Of a DNA stretch of 64,000 bases, positions 52,559 through 63,422 are shown in pieces. This DNA comes from Campylobacter sp. (GTDB lineage Bacteria; Campylobacterota; Campylobacteria; Campylobacterales; Campylobacteraceae), in the NCBI GenBank assembly GCA_052170535.1, contig JBQNAH010000006.1, forward strand, positions 15,027 through 79,026. Direction: 5' to 3'. The position numbers and the translations under genes are program-made. Position 1 is the first letter of the stretch. Each line of letters begins with the position of its first letter. Below the pieces are notes generated by a model. The model was not told where the DNA came from. It ran no database searches and saw only the letters and a list, made by a program, of their open reading frames with translations.

Positions 52559-53635
52559 TTATTTGTCTATCACTAAAATTTCTCTACTGTCGTTATAAAT
52601 TACACTTTTTGCATAAATTTCATATCTTGCAGGGAGAATTTCATCTAAGATTATGATTGGATTTTGGCTAAAATCTCCGCATAAATCGCGCCTAAATTTT
52701 AGCTCATCGTCTAAATTTGGCGCAAATTTGCAAAGCTCGTTAATATTTTTAAATTTCATCTTTAAAATTTCGTTAAATTTACTTAAACTAACGATCATAA
52801 CGCCATCTCTTAACTCATCGCAAATTTGTTTTTCTTTATTTATTGTGATTTTTACATTTTCGCGTTTGAAATTCGAATAAAGTGTAAAATAGCTTGGGAT
52901 AACGTATTTATCGCGCTTTACGTATGCTCTAAGCAAGCGGTAATTTAAAAAATATTTTCTGGCTAAATGAAAATTTTTTCCACTTTCTTCGCACTCGCGC
53001 ACCGATTTATACAGCGATAATCTCTCTTCAATTCCGCCCATCAAAGCACGCCCACTAACATCACTCATAAGCTCGCTAAGTGGCAATTTTTGCGCTTCAC
53101 GCTGTTTGCTTAAACCAAAAATGCAACCGCAATAATTTTGATGATAAAGCTTATCTTTTTTGGCTAATTCAAATTGCTCATTTGTGCCGCCATTTACGCG
53201 ATAATCAACCGCTACAACGCTTAAATTTGTCCCCAAAACCGCTTTATTTAAGGAATTTTGCAATTGAGAAAAATCTTTTTTCGGACTCATTAAAAGCGTA
53301 GTTGTGATAGTTTTTTGTCCTATTTCAAGCGCTTTTTTTACGCAATTTTCAACCCGAAAGTCAAAACAATACGAGCATCTTTTGCCCTTTTCTGGCTCAT
53401 TTTCCAAACCGCTCGTCCCGCTTAGCCAAAATTCATAATCATATTCGCCACAAATCAGCTCAATGCCTAATTTATCACAAGATCGTTTTACATCTTCATA
53501 GCGCAATAAAAATTCGCTATAAGGATGAATGTTTGGGTCGTAAAAATAACCAATGATCGTCTCGTTTAAAAAATCTTTCCTAAGCCGCTGCAAAAAATAA
53601 TGACTATCAACCGAACAACAAATATGAACTAACAT
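52559..53635 (-). CDS. queH: Epoxyqueuosine reductase QueH (DUF208)
   Basis: HICCSVDS, PNIHP..E, EPEKG.RC..CF, YHQNYCGC. Confidence 0.9.
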   Translation of the reverse strand: MLVHICCSVDSHYFLQRLRKDFLNETIIGYFYDPNIHPYSEFLLRYEDVKRSCDKLGIELICGEYDYEFWLSGTSGLENEPEKGKRCSYCFDFRVENCVKKALEIGQKTITTTLLMSPKKDFSQLQNSLNKAVLGTNLSVVAVDYRVNGGTNEQFELAKKDKLYHQNYCGCIFGLSKQREAQKLPLSELMSDVSGRALMGGIEERLSLYKSVRECEESGKNFHLARKYFLNYRLLRAYVKRDKYVIPSYFTLYSNFKRENVKITINKEKQICDELRDGVMIVSLSKFNEILKMKFKNINELCKFAPNLDDELKFRRDLCGDFSQNPIIILDEILPARYEIYAKSVIYNDSREILVIDK

Positions 53636-53789
53636 TTTCTCCCTATCTTAGCTTGCGTTGTGCGCGTATTTGACTAAATGAGCATTCTTAACATTTGCTA
53701 AATTTGTATTGCCTGCTTTAAGTTTATGGCTAAGTGCTTTTAAAACAGTTGTTTGCAATCGCCCATTTCTACCACTTAAATTTGCAAAT

Positions 53790-54680
53790 TTAACCCTTCA
53801 AAAACTCTGTAATTTTAGCTTTGCATTCCTCTACACTTCCGCTAAATTTATCCTTAAACTGCGAGCGATTAAATGTGCGCTGACGCTTTGCTAGTTGCGC
53901 TGTATGCGTGCAAATTAGCTCATTTAACTGCGAGCTAGTTTTTATCTCGCCACGCAAAAATTCGCCACACTCTTTTAATCCTATCGATTTTAACGGCTTT
54001 AGCTCATAATCATATTTGCCAAAAAGCTCTTTTGCCTCCTCTAGCAAGCCATTTTGCAGCATTTTTTCAGTTCGTTTAGCTATGCGTCTTCTTAAAATTT
54101 CCTTATCAAAAACAATATCAAAAATCGCTAAATTTGATATTATCGGCTCTAAAGTATTTTCACGTAAAAATTCACTTGGCGTCTGAAAAATGGCGTTTTT
54201 TTGTAAAAATAGATATATATCCAGCCATTTTTGCAAACGATATGTGTCGCCAGAGTTGAGCTTTTGAGCTGTTTTTTCATCTTTTGATAAGATTATTTGA
54301 TAAATTTCATCGTTGCCTGGATAGTTTAAAGCCTTATCGATTTTTGGCGCAAGTCCGCAAAGCAAAGCCTTGAGATAAAAACCACTTCCGCCTACTATAA
54401 ATAAATTTTTATCATTTTCTAGAGCAAATTTCTTAGCATCTTTGTAAATTTCAAAAAACATTCCGACATCAAAATGTTCGTTTGCAAAGAGCAAATTTAC
54501 CCCAAAATGCGGCACTAATTGTAGCTCACTTTGCGACGGTTTCGCGCTTGCGATGTTTATCTCTTTATATATACAAAGCGAGTCAAGACTTAAAATAACA
54601 CCGCCAAATTTACTCGCTAATTCAAGCGCAAGAGCGGTTTTGCCACTAGCTGTCGTGCCGATAATGGCTAATTCTTTCAA
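53790..54680 (-). CDS. miaA: tRNA dimethylallyltransferase
   Basis: GTTASGKT, DSL.IYK.INI.SAKP, VGGSGFY, AKRQRT. Confidence 0.95.
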   Translation of the reverse strand: MKELAIIGTTASGKTALALELASKFGGVILSLDSLCIYKEINIASAKPSQSELQLVPHFGVNLLFANEHFDVGMFFEIYKDAKKFALENDKNLFIVGGSGFYLKALLCGLAPKIDKALNYPGNDEIYQIILSKDEKTAQKLNSGDTYRLQKWLDIYLFLQKNAIFQTPSEFLRENTLEPIISNLAIFDIVFDKEILRRRIAKRTEKMLQNGLLEEAKELFGKYDYELKPLKSIGLKECGEFLRGEIKTSSQLNELICTHTAQLAKRQRTFNRSQFKDKFSGSVEECKAKITEFLKG

Positions 54681-55840
54681 GCAAAAAGTCCAGAAAATAG
54701 CAAAATTTCGTCGCTACTTGAATTATCTTTGTTCTCTTTTAAAAGATCAACTAAAATTTTTGTGATTACTGGCGCAAATAATGTTTCATTATTACCCAAA
54801 CCGCTGCAAAAACATAAATTTTCAAATTTTTCACATTTGCCAAAAAGTGGATACAAATGCGGTGTAACGGCTATTGTTTTGACATTAAAAGTCGGATTTT
54901 TGAGCTCAAAATAACTGCTAAACGGTTTAAGTTTGGATAAAGCCAAATTAATTTGCGTCATATCAAGTTTCGTGTCGTTGCTGTTAAGTTGTGGTTTAGT
55001 TTGTATTATTATTTTATTATCTTTTATATCGATTTTCATTAATAATTCATTTATTAAAATTCCCTCTTTTGGTGCCGTTTTATCGTCGGCATCAAAACTT
55101 ATCTCGTAAATTTTAGCTGGAATTAAGTCTAAATTTATCCCGAGCTTTGAAGCCAAAGTCTTATCCGCGCCAGCTGCTTGGATAAATTTCTTAGCCTCAT
55201 AAACTGCATTTTTACAAACCAATTTTGTTACATCAGTGCCGTTATTTTCGTAGTTTATAGCTTCATCGATTATAAATTCAACGCCATTTTTTTCCAAAAA
55301 ATTCATTAAATTATTAACCAAAGCTGAAATATTTATCCTTGCGTTTTGCTTAAGTTTTATCACGCCTTTTATATTTTTATCCAAAAAGCCACTTTTGCTT
55401 ACATCAGCGCCCAAAATTTCAAGCCTTTCATCGCCTACTTTTATAGTTTCAACTACTTTTTTATACTCGTTTAAATCCGTAAAAACGAGCAAATTTCCGC
55501 TTTGTTTAAAGCCAAATTCTCCAATATCGTCTTGTAAATTTTTTAAAATTTCATAGCTTTTCTTAGCAAATTTATGATACAAAATTTGCAACTTTTTATC
55601 GGCTTTGTTAGCTTGATTTAGTCCAAATTTAAGTAGCCAGGAAAGTAGATTTTTATCAAAATTAGCTGGCGTTGATAGCTGTTTAAAATCGTTTGTAATA
55701 TGCGAATTTAAAGTTCCAATCTCGCTAAATTCTAAATTCCGACTTTTTGAAACTATCGCCACGCTTAAGCCGTTTTTAATACACCAATACGCGCTAAAAA
55801 GACCAGAAATTCCGCTTCCTATGATTATTACATCTCTCAT
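54677..55840 (-). CDS. FAD-dependent oxidoreductase (DadA/DAO-like, divergent)
   Basis: N-terminal IIIGSGISG Rossmann motif; AAG motif; overall DAO-family length. Confidence 0.65.
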   Translation of the reverse strand: MRDVIIIGSGISGLFSAYWCIKNGLSVAIVSKSRNLEFSEIGTLNSHITNDFKQLSTPANFDKNLLSWLLKFGLNQANKADKKLQILYHKFAKKSYEILKNLQDDIGEFGFKQSGNLLVFTDLNEYKKVVETIKVGDERLEILGADVSKSGFLDKNIKGVIKLKQNARINISALVNNLMNFLEKNGVEFIIDEAINYENNGTDVTKLVCKNAVYEAKKFIQAAGADKTLASKLGINLDLIPAKIYEISFDADDKTAPKEGILINELLMKIDIKDNKIIIQTKPQLNSNDTKLDMTQINLALSKLKPFSSYFELKNPTFNVKTIAVTPHLYPLFGKCEKFENLCFCSGLGNNETLFAPVITKILVDLLKENKDNSSSDEILLFSGLFA

Positions 55841-55928
55841 TTGGCAAAGCCTTTGTATAAAATTTTCTATAATTTTAGCAAATTTTTGTAATTTAGGCTA
55901 AAATAACACAAAAAATTATGGATAAAAT

Positions 55929-56795
55929 ATGCAAAAATTTCTCAATTCACTAAAAGATATAGGCGATTTGATTGTTTTTAAACACTCAATTTTTGCACTG
56001 CCGTTTATTTTTACGGCGATGATTGTGGCTAGTTATAAGCTTAATAATACGACTTGGTTTGGCTTTAAGCTCCTCATTTTAGGCACAATTTGCGCCGTTT
56101 GCGCTAGAAATTTCGCAATGGCTTTTAACCGTTACAAAGACGAAGACATAGACAAACTAAATCCTCGAACGTCAAATCGTCCAAGCGTAGATGGTCGTAT
56201 CGGACGAAAAAATATGCAAATTTTCATCATCATAAACGCAGCCATTTTTATCATCGTTGCGTGGCTTATAAATTCTCTCGCATTTTGGCTTAGTTTTCCG
56301 ATTTTAGCCATTCTTGGCGGATATTCGCTGTTTAAGCGTTTTAGCGAATTAGCGCATCTAGTTTTAGGGCTTAGTTTGGGACTTGCGCCAATCGCTGGTG
56401 CGGTGGCTGTTTTGGGCGAAATTCCGCTTTGGAGCGTGCTTCTTTGTGCTGGCGTGATGTTTTGGGTTGCTGGATTTGACCTTCTTTACTCATTGCAAGA
56501 TATAAATTTTGACCAAGAGCACGGATTATTTAGCATTCCATCAATCTACGGAGAAAAAGCCACGATGTTTATTTCAGCCATCTTTCACGCAACCGCTATT
56601 TTGTTTTGGCTACTTTTTGCTTGGGCTGCAAATTTAAGCTTTTTTGCATTTATTGGTATCGTGATAAGTGGCGCGATTTTATGGCAAGAGCACCGCATTG
56701 TAAGGCGTGATTTTAGCAAAATAGACCGTGCTTTTTTTACGTTAAACGGCTATTTGGGAATTTTATTTTTTATATTTATTTGGATTAGTTTATGA
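55929..56795 (+). CDS. mqnP: UbiA-family prenyltransferase of futalosine menaquinone synthesis
   Basis: HSIFALPF, NR..D.DID..NPRT..RP, YS.FKRF, FDLLYSLQD. Confidence 0.88.
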   Translation: MQKFLNSLKDIGDLIVFKHSIFALPFIFTAMIVASYKLNNTTWFGFKLLILGTICAVCARNFAMAFNRYKDEDIDKLNPRTSNRPSVDGRIGRKNMQIFIIINAAIFIIVAWLINSLAFWLSFPILAILGGYSLFKRFSELAHLVLGLSLGLAPIAGAVAVLGEIPLWSVLLCAGVMFWVAGFDLLYSLQDINFDQEHGLFSIPSIYGEKATMFISAIFHATAILFWLLFAWAANLSFFAFIGIVISGAILWQEHRIVRRDFSKIDRAFFTLNGYLGILFFIFIWISL

Positions 56796-57307
56796 GATTT
56801 GTCCCAACAAATTTAGATATTTATTTTGAAGAAATCGGCGCGAGAGAAGATGAATTTTTAGCTGAATTTGACAAACTTAACACAAACGAAGACGATCCGC
56901 TTGGAGCTTGGTATAAGCGCGCAAAAAGCAGAGGCGAAACAAAAGAAAGCGACCAAATTCTTCTAACACTTTTAGTAGAACTTCACAGAAAAATCGATGA
57001 TTTAAATGCCTTTTTAAGAAACGAAAAAGTCGTAAAAATAGAGCTTGAAAAGACTGCTAAAGTGCAAGCTATCGGATTTGACGGATTTAGCGTTAGCGAT
57101 GAAATTTTGCAAGCTGGTAAAACGTATTATGCTAGAATTTCGATGCCGATTTTCCCAAAGCGAGATGTTGTCGTATTTTTTGAAGCTATCGATACAAAAA
57201 TAGCCAAAATCACGAAAATGCACGAAAGTGACGAGAGCGATTTTAACGCATACGTAGCCGCGCGCGAACGCGTGATGATAAGAGAAATGAGAGGTAAAGA
57301 TGAGTGA
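56792..57307 (+). CDS. Conserved hypothetical protein
   Basis: ATGA-type overlap with mqnP; LLVELHRKID and ARER..IRE motifs. Confidence 0.75.
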   Translation: MRFVPTNLDIYFEEIGAREDEFLAEFDKLNTNEDDPLGAWYKRAKSRGETKESDQILLTLLVELHRKIDDLNAFLRNEKVVKIELEKTAKVQAIGFDGFSVSDEILQAGKTYYARISMPIFPKRDVVVFFEAIDTKIAKITKMHESDESDFNAYVAARERVMIREMRGKDE

Positions 57308-57824
57308 AATTTTAATCCTTGCGATATTTGCAATACTTTTGGTATTAATAGCAGCTTACGTATTTTTAAAAGATGCCGACGCAAATAAGAAATTTGCACG
57401 CTATGAACGCGTTATAGAAGCGCTCGTGCAAGAAAATCACAGCATAAAAAAACAACTCAAAAATTCTCAACCCATTAGCGATTTTAATCAAACACAAATT
57501 GATTTAAACGAGATGGAGAAAAAACTTGAAGCAAAATTAAATCAATCCATAAACTCACAAATCATACCGATTTTAAGCGTGATTCAAGGGCTTGAAAGCT
57601 CGATTGACAGCTTCCAAAACGAACAGCAAAATAAACTTTACACCATCGAAGAACGAACAAAAAATATCGGTAAAATTTCGTCATTTGCTGACGATAATGA
57701 CGAAATAAGAGCCAGAATAATCGCAATGTATCAAAGCGGCAAAAGCAAAGAAACGATAGCTAAAAATTTGGGTATCGGCGTTGGAAAAGTTGAATTTGAG
57801 CTTAAAATGGGCGGAGTTATGTAA
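57300..57824 (+). CDS. Hypothetical membrane-anchored coiled-coil protein with C-terminal HTH-like end
   Basis: N-terminal TM helix; IIAMYQSGKS.E.IAK.LGIG.G.VE. Confidence 0.75.
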   Translation: MSEILILAIFAILLVLIAAYVFLKDADANKKFARYERVIEALVQENHSIKKQLKNSQPISDFNQTQIDLNEMEKKLEAKLNQSINSQIIPILSVIQGLESSIDSFQNEQQNKLYTIEERTKNIGKISSFADDNDEIRARIIAMYQSGKSKETIAKNLGIGVGKVEFELKMGGVM

Positions 57825-57951
57825 GCTTTAAAATATAAAAAAATAATATCATTTTTATATGCAAAATTTAAAAAAACTTAAAGCTTAACTATCTATAATC
57901 ATAACATTACATTTTTCAAAATAATGTTTTTTGAAATTTTGGGAGAGAAAA

Positions 57952-58917
57952 ATGCTAATGGACGGATATGGACGAGTAGTTGATTATTTGCGTATTTCTG
58001 TAACGCAAAGGTGTAATTTTCGTTGCAAATACTGTATGCCCAAAACACCTTTTAGCTGGGAGCCGCGAGAAAATTTATTGAGTTTTGAAGAGCTTTTTTC
58101 ATTTGTAAAAGTCTGCCTTGAAGAAGGCGTGAAAAAGATACGCATAACAGGTGGCGAGCCGTTAGTTAGAAAAGATTTGGATAAATTTATCAAAATGATT
58201 AGCGATCACAGTCCGCAAGTTGATTTAGCCATTACTACAAACGGTTTTATGCTAAAGCACTACGCAAAAGCCTTAAAACAAGCTGGATTAAAACGCATCA
58301 ATATGTCGCTTGACACGCTTGATAGCAAAAAGGCGGAATTTATAGCTCAAAAAAGCGTTTTGCACGAAGTTTTAGCTGGACTTGACGCAGCACTTGAGGC
58401 TGGATTAAAAGTCAAAATAAACACCGTTGCGTTAAAGGGCGTAAATGATGATGAAATTTTATCCCTACTGCACTTTGCCAAATCGCTAGACTGTCAAATT
58501 CGCTTCATCGAGTATATGGAAAATATCCACGCAAATGACGAATTAAAAGGCGTAAAATCTGATGAAATTTTAAAAATAATTTCAAAAAAATACACTTTTT
58601 CGCAGGTAGATAAAGGCAATGGTCCAGCTAGTATTTACGAGCTTGAAGATGGATACAAATTTGGCGTTATCGATCCGCATAAACACGATTTTTGTGACAG
58701 CTGTAACCGCATTAGACTAACAGCAGAAGGGCATTTGATACCGTGTCTTTATTTTGATGAAGCGATGAGTATCAAAGAAGCTATTAAAAGCGGAGATATA
58801 GTCGCTGCAACTGAAATTTTACGCAAAGTTTTACAAAGTAAGCCAAAAGAAAACAAATGGGCGATCGGCGCGGAAAATCAAACTTCAAATCGAGCATTTT
58901 ACCAAACGGGCGGATAA
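57952..58917 (+). CDS. moaA: GTP 3',8-cyclase MoaA
   Basis: [38 protein letters not shown]-terminal GG; ATG at 57952. Confidence 0.96.
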   Translation: MLMDGYGRVVDYLRISVTQRCNFRCKYCMPKTPFSWEPRENLLSFEELFSFVKVCLEEGVKKIRITGGEPLVRKDLDKFIKMISDHSPQVDLAITTNGFMLKHYAKALKQAGLKRINMSLDTLDSKKAEFIAQKSVLHEVLAGLDAALEAGLKVKINTVALKGVNDDEILSLLHFAKSLDCQIRFIEYMENIHANDELKGVKSDEILKIISKKYTFSQVDKGNGPASIYELEDGYKFGVIDPHKHDFCDSCNRIRLTAEGHLIPCLYFDEAMSIKEAIKSGDIVAATEILRKVLQSKPKENKWAIGAENQTSNRAFYQTGG

Positions 58918-58941
58918 TTTTGCTATAATCAGCCAAATTTT

Positions 58942-59718
58942 ATGGAGCGCGCATTGGATTTAAATTTGGTTGAGAGCTTTTTAAGCATACAAGGCGAAGG
59001 CGCAAGTATAGGCAGACTCGCTATTTTTTTAAGATTTGCTGGTTGTAATCTTACTTGCAAGGGTTTTGGCGTGCAAACAATCTCACAAAAAACTGGCGAA
59101 ATTTTAACCGGTTGCGATACAATAAGAGCTGTTTTTACTAAGCATTTTGAATACAAAAGCATAAAATTTGCAAACAAGCTATCTGAAATCATCACCCAAA
59201 AAAGCCAAAATTTATATCAAAAACCAATTATAATAATAACTGGTGGCGAGCCGCTTTTGCATTACAAAAATGAAATTTTGTTAGAATTTTTAAAATGGGC
59301 GCATTTGCAAAAATACGAAATCCATTTTGAAACAAATGGAACGATTGAGATTGATTTTGATAAGTTTGAAATTTATAAAAACTGCCACTTCGCAATTGGC
59401 GTAAAGCTCGAAAATAGCGGTGAAAGCAAGGCAAAACGCATAAACAAATCAGCTCTTTGTGCAATTAAACAAAATGCAAAAAGTAGTTTTTACAAATTTG
59501 TGCTAGATAAGGCTAGCTGCGAAAATGGCACAGCAATCAAACAAATAAGGCAAATTTTAGACATTTGCAAAAACGAAATTTACTGTATGGCTCAAGGACA
59601 CGATAAAAAAAGCTTGGAGCAAAATGCCAAAAGTGTTGCGGAATTTGCGATAAGGCACGGTTTTTGCTACTGCGATAGAATACACATCAGGCTTTGGAAT
59701 GACAAGGAAGGAATTTAA
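58942..59718 (+). CDS. queE: 7-carboxy-7-deazaguanine synthase QueE
   Basis: ESFLSIQGEG...G....FLRFAGCNL.C...CDT, TGGEP, ETNG. Confidence 0.9.
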   Translation: MERALDLNLVESFLSIQGEGASIGRLAIFLRFAGCNLTCKGFGVQTISQKTGEILTGCDTIRAVFTKHFEYKSIKFANKLSEIITQKSQNLYQKPIIIITGGEPLLHYKNEILLEFLKWAHLQKYEIHFETNGTIEIDFDKFEIYKNCHFAIGVKLENSGESKAKRINKSALCAIKQNAKSSFYKFVLDKASCENGTAIKQIRQILDICKNEIYCMAQGHDKKSLEQNAKSVAEFAIRHGFCYCDRIHIRLWNDKEGI

Positions 59719-60299
59719 TGATTATTAGAAAATTATTTAAATTTGAAAACGCTCACATCGTGAGATATTGTAGCTCGAAGCGTTGCAAAACAAGCATTCA
59801 CGGGCACAGCTACAAAGCTGAAATTTTACTTAGCTCGGACTTTTTAGACAACGCCGGAATGGTTTATGATTTTGGTTTAATGAAACAAAATATCGCAACC
59901 ATAATAGACAGTTTTGACCACTCCACAACGATTTTTAGTGGCGATAGCATCGAATACAAAAATAGCATCAAAAAGCACTCCAAACGCTGGATAGAAATTC
60001 CTCTAAACCCCTCAGCCGAGCAGTTTTGCAGGATTTTTTTTGTCATTATTGATCGCCTTTTGCAAGCGACAAAAATGCAAAACGGCGAAAAAAATGTCCA
60101 AATTTACAGCGTGATCGTGCACGAAACTGACACCGGTTATGCGCAGTGCTTCAAGCAGGACGCTTACAACTTGCAAATGGGCGAAGTAGATTTAAATAGT
60201 ATTGTTTTTTCGCCTGATATTACTTATGAATGGGAAGATCCCGAGCTTTTTAAAAAGATAAAAAGTCTAAATGAAATCGTAAATCCAAAGGAAGTTTAA
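59718..60299 (+). CDS. queD: 6-carboxytetrahydropterin synthase QueD
   Basis: FENAH...C..IHGHSY, GMVYDF, FDH, NPSAE, VHET. Confidence 0.88.
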   Translation: MIIRKLFKFENAHIVRYCSSKRCKTSIHGHSYKAEILLSSDFLDNAGMVYDFGLMKQNIATIIDSFDHSTTIFSGDSIEYKNSIKKHSKRWIEIPLNPSAEQFCRIFFVIIDRLLQATKMQNGEKNVQIYSVIVHETDTGYAQCFKQDAYNLQMGEVDLNSIVFSPDITYEWEDPELFKKIKSLNEIVNPKEV

Positions 60300-60481
60300 T
60301 GAAAATTAAATTTATTATTTTTTTTACGTTGATGGTGTTTTTTATTGGTTGCGAAGATAAAATTGAGCCTACGAATTCGGACACAAGCGAAGCAATCTCC
60401 GCAGATATACCCATATCATCTCCTGACGCAAACGTCAGCATAGATGAAAATTTGCCACCAGAACCAGTAATTGGAGGCTAA
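60299..60481 (+). CDS. Small hypothetical lipoprotein (60 aa)
   Basis: MKIKFIIFFTLMVFFIG-C lipobox; TAATG overlap with queD. Confidence 0.65.
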   Translation: MKIKFIIFFTLMVFFIGCEDKIEPTNSDTSEAISADIPISSPDANVSIDENLPPEPVIGG

Positions 60482-60482
60482 A

Positions 60483-60896
60483 ATGCACTTTAATGAAAAT
60501 TTAACAGAAGTTTTTATCTTGGCTAAAAGCATTCATATTTACATTGTGTTGATTATTTTGGCTTTGATTTTGATTCATTTTTGCCTTGTAAATTTTGGCA
60601 TAAACTCGCCAAATTATGCAAAACGCATAAAACTTTTTTTGCCGACATATTACGGATTTTTAGCCGCGATGATACTAACTGGACTGCTTTTAATGAGTGC
60701 GTTTTATTTTCAGTTAAGTTTAAAATCAGCCATTATGATAGTTGCTGTTACACTTCTGATCGGGCTTGGAGCGGTGGAATTTAAAAAATTAAAACAAGCC
60801 ATGATAAAGAAAAATTTCACCGATTTTAGACAAAAAATGCGCATAAAAGTAGCGGTTGATTTTGCTTTAATCTTAATTGCAAGTGGAGTAAGATGA
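60483..60896 (+). CDS. Hypothetical membrane protein
   Basis: Four hydrophobic segments; GGAGG RBS before ATG 60483. Confidence 0.75.
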   Translation: MHFNENLTEVFILAKSIHIYIVLIILALILIHFCLVNFGINSPNYAKRIKLFLPTYYGFLAAMILTGLLLMSAFYFQLSLKSAIMIVAVTLLIGLGAVEFKKLKQAMIKKNFTDFRQKMRIKVAVDFALILIASGVR

Positions 60897-61546
60897 AATT
60901 TTTATACTCGAAAATGGCTAAAAATACAGACATTCAAATACAAGGCGAAGGCTTTTTGCACCTAAAGGCCAGACGCGCAAAAATTGGCGATAGAATTGAC
61001 GTTAGAAATTTGCAAGATGGTGTAAATTATATTTATGAAATAACGCAATTTGATAAAAAAAGTGTGAATTTAACGCTCGTTTTCTCACACAGTGTGGAAA
61101 ATAAAACAAGTAATTTGACGTTAGCTTGGGCAATAATTGAACCAAAAATAATAGAAAAAACACTACCCAGCTTAAACGAACTTGGCGTATCAAAAATCAT
61201 ATTTTTTTATGGGGATTTTTCTCAAAAAAATTTTAAAATCGATTGTGAGCGTTTGGAAAGAATTTTGATAAATTCATGCCAACAATGCGGTAGAAACGAC
61301 ATTATGAAATTTCAAATATTAAAAAACATAGATGAACTTGCGAAAAATTATCAAAATTTAGCGCTAATTGATTTTGAAGCACAGAGTTTAGACATGTATG
61401 ATAGCGAAATTTTAATCATTGGTGCAGAAGGTGGATTTAGCCAAAGCGAAAGACAAAAAGTCACAAAAAAATATAGTCTGAAAACAAAAAATATATTGCG
61501 CTCACAAACAGCTATTTTGAGTGTAACGGCAAAAATTTTGCTATAA
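60893..61546 (+). CDS. rsmE: 16S rRNA m3U1498 methyltransferase RsmE
   Basis: HLKARR, ELGV, SCQQCGR, IGAEGGFS..E, ILRSQTA. Confidence 0.9.
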   Translation: MKFLYSKMAKNTDIQIQGEGFLHLKARRAKIGDRIDVRNLQDGVNYIYEITQFDKKSVNLTLVFSHSVENKTSNLTLAWAIIEPKIIEKTLPSLNELGVSKIIFFYGDFSQKNFKIDCERLERILINSCQQCGRNDIMKFQILKNIDELAKNYQNLALIDFEAQSLDMYDSEILIIGAEGGFSQSERQKVTKKYSLKTKNILRSQTAILSVTAKILL

Positions 61547-61633
61547 ATTTGCTTTTTTAAAAAGTTTTTAGTATAATCACGCCTTATTTTAAAAATCAAA
61601 ATACAGATAAAACAGCCCAAAAAGGATAAGATA

Positions 61634-61834
61634 ATGAAAAAAGAAATTCACCCAGAATTTGTAGATTGCCAAGTAACTTGCGCTTGCGGAAATACATTTA
61701 CTACAAAATCAAACAAAAGCGAAATCAGAGTAGATATTTGCAACCAATGCCATCCATTTTTCACAGGTAGCGAAAAAATCGTCGATAGCGCGGGTCGCGT
61801 AGATAAATTTAAGAAAAAATACAACTTGAAATAA
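61634..61834 (+). CDS. rpmE: 50S ribosomal protein L31
   Basis: [28 protein letters not shown]. Confidence 0.97.
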   Translation: MKKEIHPEFVDCQVTCACGNTFTTKSNKSEIRVDICNQCHPFFTGSEKIVDSAGRVDKFKKKYNLK

Positions 61835-61839
61835 TTACT

Positions 61840-62655
61840 TTGCTATATTTCGTTCCTACACCGATAGGAAATTTGCAAGATATTTCGCTTCACGCTTTGA
61901 GTGTTTTACGTGAATGCGAAATTATATTTTGCGAGGACACGAGAGTAAGCAAATCGCTAATAAATCTTCTCAACGATCGATTTTCGGCAAATATAAATAT
62001 TACAAATTTTATTCCGTTACATACACACAATGAAAATTCGATTTTAAGCCAAATAGACGTGCGAACATTTGATAAAAATGTTGCTTTTTTAAGCGATGCT
62101 GGAATGCCTGGCATTAGCGATCCAGGCGTAGCTTTGGTAAAATTTGCGATAAAAAATGGAATTAATTACGAAGTGTTAAGCGGATCAAACGCGGCACTAC
62201 TTGGACTCGTCGCAAGTGGTTTGTGCGAAAAGGAATTCGTATTTTTGGGATTTTTACCAAACAACGGCAAGGAACGCGAAATAGCCATACAAAATGCTTT
62301 AAATTTAGCCTTTCCTTGCGTTATATACGAAAGCCCAAAAAGGGTTTTATCTCTAACAGAAAATATCGCAAAAATCGAGCCAAATCGTGAAATTTTCGCC
62401 ATAAAAGAGGCAACAAAAAAATTTGAAACAAAATTTAGTGCAAAAGCAAGCGAGCTGGTGCAAAAACTAAAAAATACCAACCTAAACGGCGAGTGGTGTT
62501 TAGTAATGGACAAAAGCCCAAATTTAGCTACCGAAAAGATAACAAAAGCCGATATAAACGAGCTTGATATATCGCCAAAAGCCAAAGCCAAACTGCTTGC
62601 TAAAATCACAGGGCGAAGCGTAAAAGAAATTTACAGCGAACTTACAAAACAATAA
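61840..62655 (+). CDS. rsmI: 16S rRNA C1402 2'-O-methyltransferase RsmI
   Basis: PTPIGNL.DIS, CEDTR, SDAGMPGISDPG, YESPKR, KEATKKFE. Confidence 0.96.
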   Translation: MLYFVPTPIGNLQDISLHALSVLRECEIIFCEDTRVSKSLINLLNDRFSANINITNFIPLHTHNENSILSQIDVRTFDKNVAFLSDAGMPGISDPGVALVKFAIKNGINYEVLSGSNAALLGLVASGLCEKEFVFLGFLPNNGKEREIAIQNALNLAFPCVIYESPKRVLSLTENIAKIEPNREIFAIKEATKKFETKFSAKASELVQKLKNTNLNGEWCLVMDKSPNLATEKITKADINELDISPKAKAKLLAKITGRSVKEIYSELTKQ

Positions 62656-62741
62656 TGAAATTTCTACAAATTTATTAAAAAATTGTTAAATATAATTTAA
62701 AAATAAGCTATATTTTACTGATTTTTAGCTATCATCAGGGA

Positions 62742-63422
62742 ATGATAGTCTATGGTAAGCAGTTATTTTTACACATTTTAAAAAAATATAAAAAAAATAT
62801 TAAAACAGTCTTTTTAGCAAAAGAGTGTGACAAAGCCATTTTTGCGCAAATAGCACGCACTGGCGCGATCATAAAGCGCGTGGATAACAAAAAGGCTCAG
62901 AGCTTGGCTCGTGGCGGAAACCATCAAGGTTTTCTAGCCGAAGTAGAAGAATTTGATTTTAAAAGCATAGACGAGATAAAAAAGCTTGATTTCATAGTCG
63001 TGCTTTATGGATTAAGCGATGTCGGAAACATCGGAGCGATAATTAGAACAGCTTATGCTCTTGGATGTCAAGGTGTCGTTATAATCGGCAAAAACATAGC
63101 TATGGAGGGCATTTTGCGCGCTAGTAGTGGTGCTGCTTATGAAGCCAATCTAGCCTTAGTTGATGATGGATTGAGTTTATTAAATGAATTAAGGCAAGTT
63201 GGTTTTAAAATTTACGCTACTGCAAGCGGTGGCAAGAGCGTCCATCAGAGTAAATTTGGCGGAAAAATAGCTCTTGTGATGGGTAGCGAAGGCGAGGGAT
63301 TACATAAAAAAGTCCTTGCTAAATGTGATGAAACGATAGGAATAAAAATGAAAAACGATTGGGATAGCCTAAATGTCTCAGCTGCATTTGCGATAATTTG
63401 CGATAGGATAGTAAATGAATAG
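62742..63422 (+). CDS. rlmB: 23S rRNA G2251 methyltransferase RlmB (SpoU family)
   Basis: NHQG, D.GNIGAIIRTA, GSEGEG, SLNVSAA. Confidence 0.9.
   Translation: MIVYGKQLFLHILKKYKKNIKTVFLAKECDKAIFAQIARTGAIIKRVDNKKAQSLARGGNHQGFLAEVEEFDFKSIDEIKKLDFIVVLYGLSDVGNIGAIIRTAYALGCQGVVIIGKNIAMEGILRASSGAAYEANLALVDDGLSLLNELRQVGFKIYATASGGKSVHQSKFGGKIALVMGSEGEGLHKKVLAKCDETIGIKMKNDWDSLNVSAAFAIICDRIVNE

Noticed and set aside
53648..53790. Short open frame between miaA and queH
   Set aside because: No convincing RBS or recognisable motif
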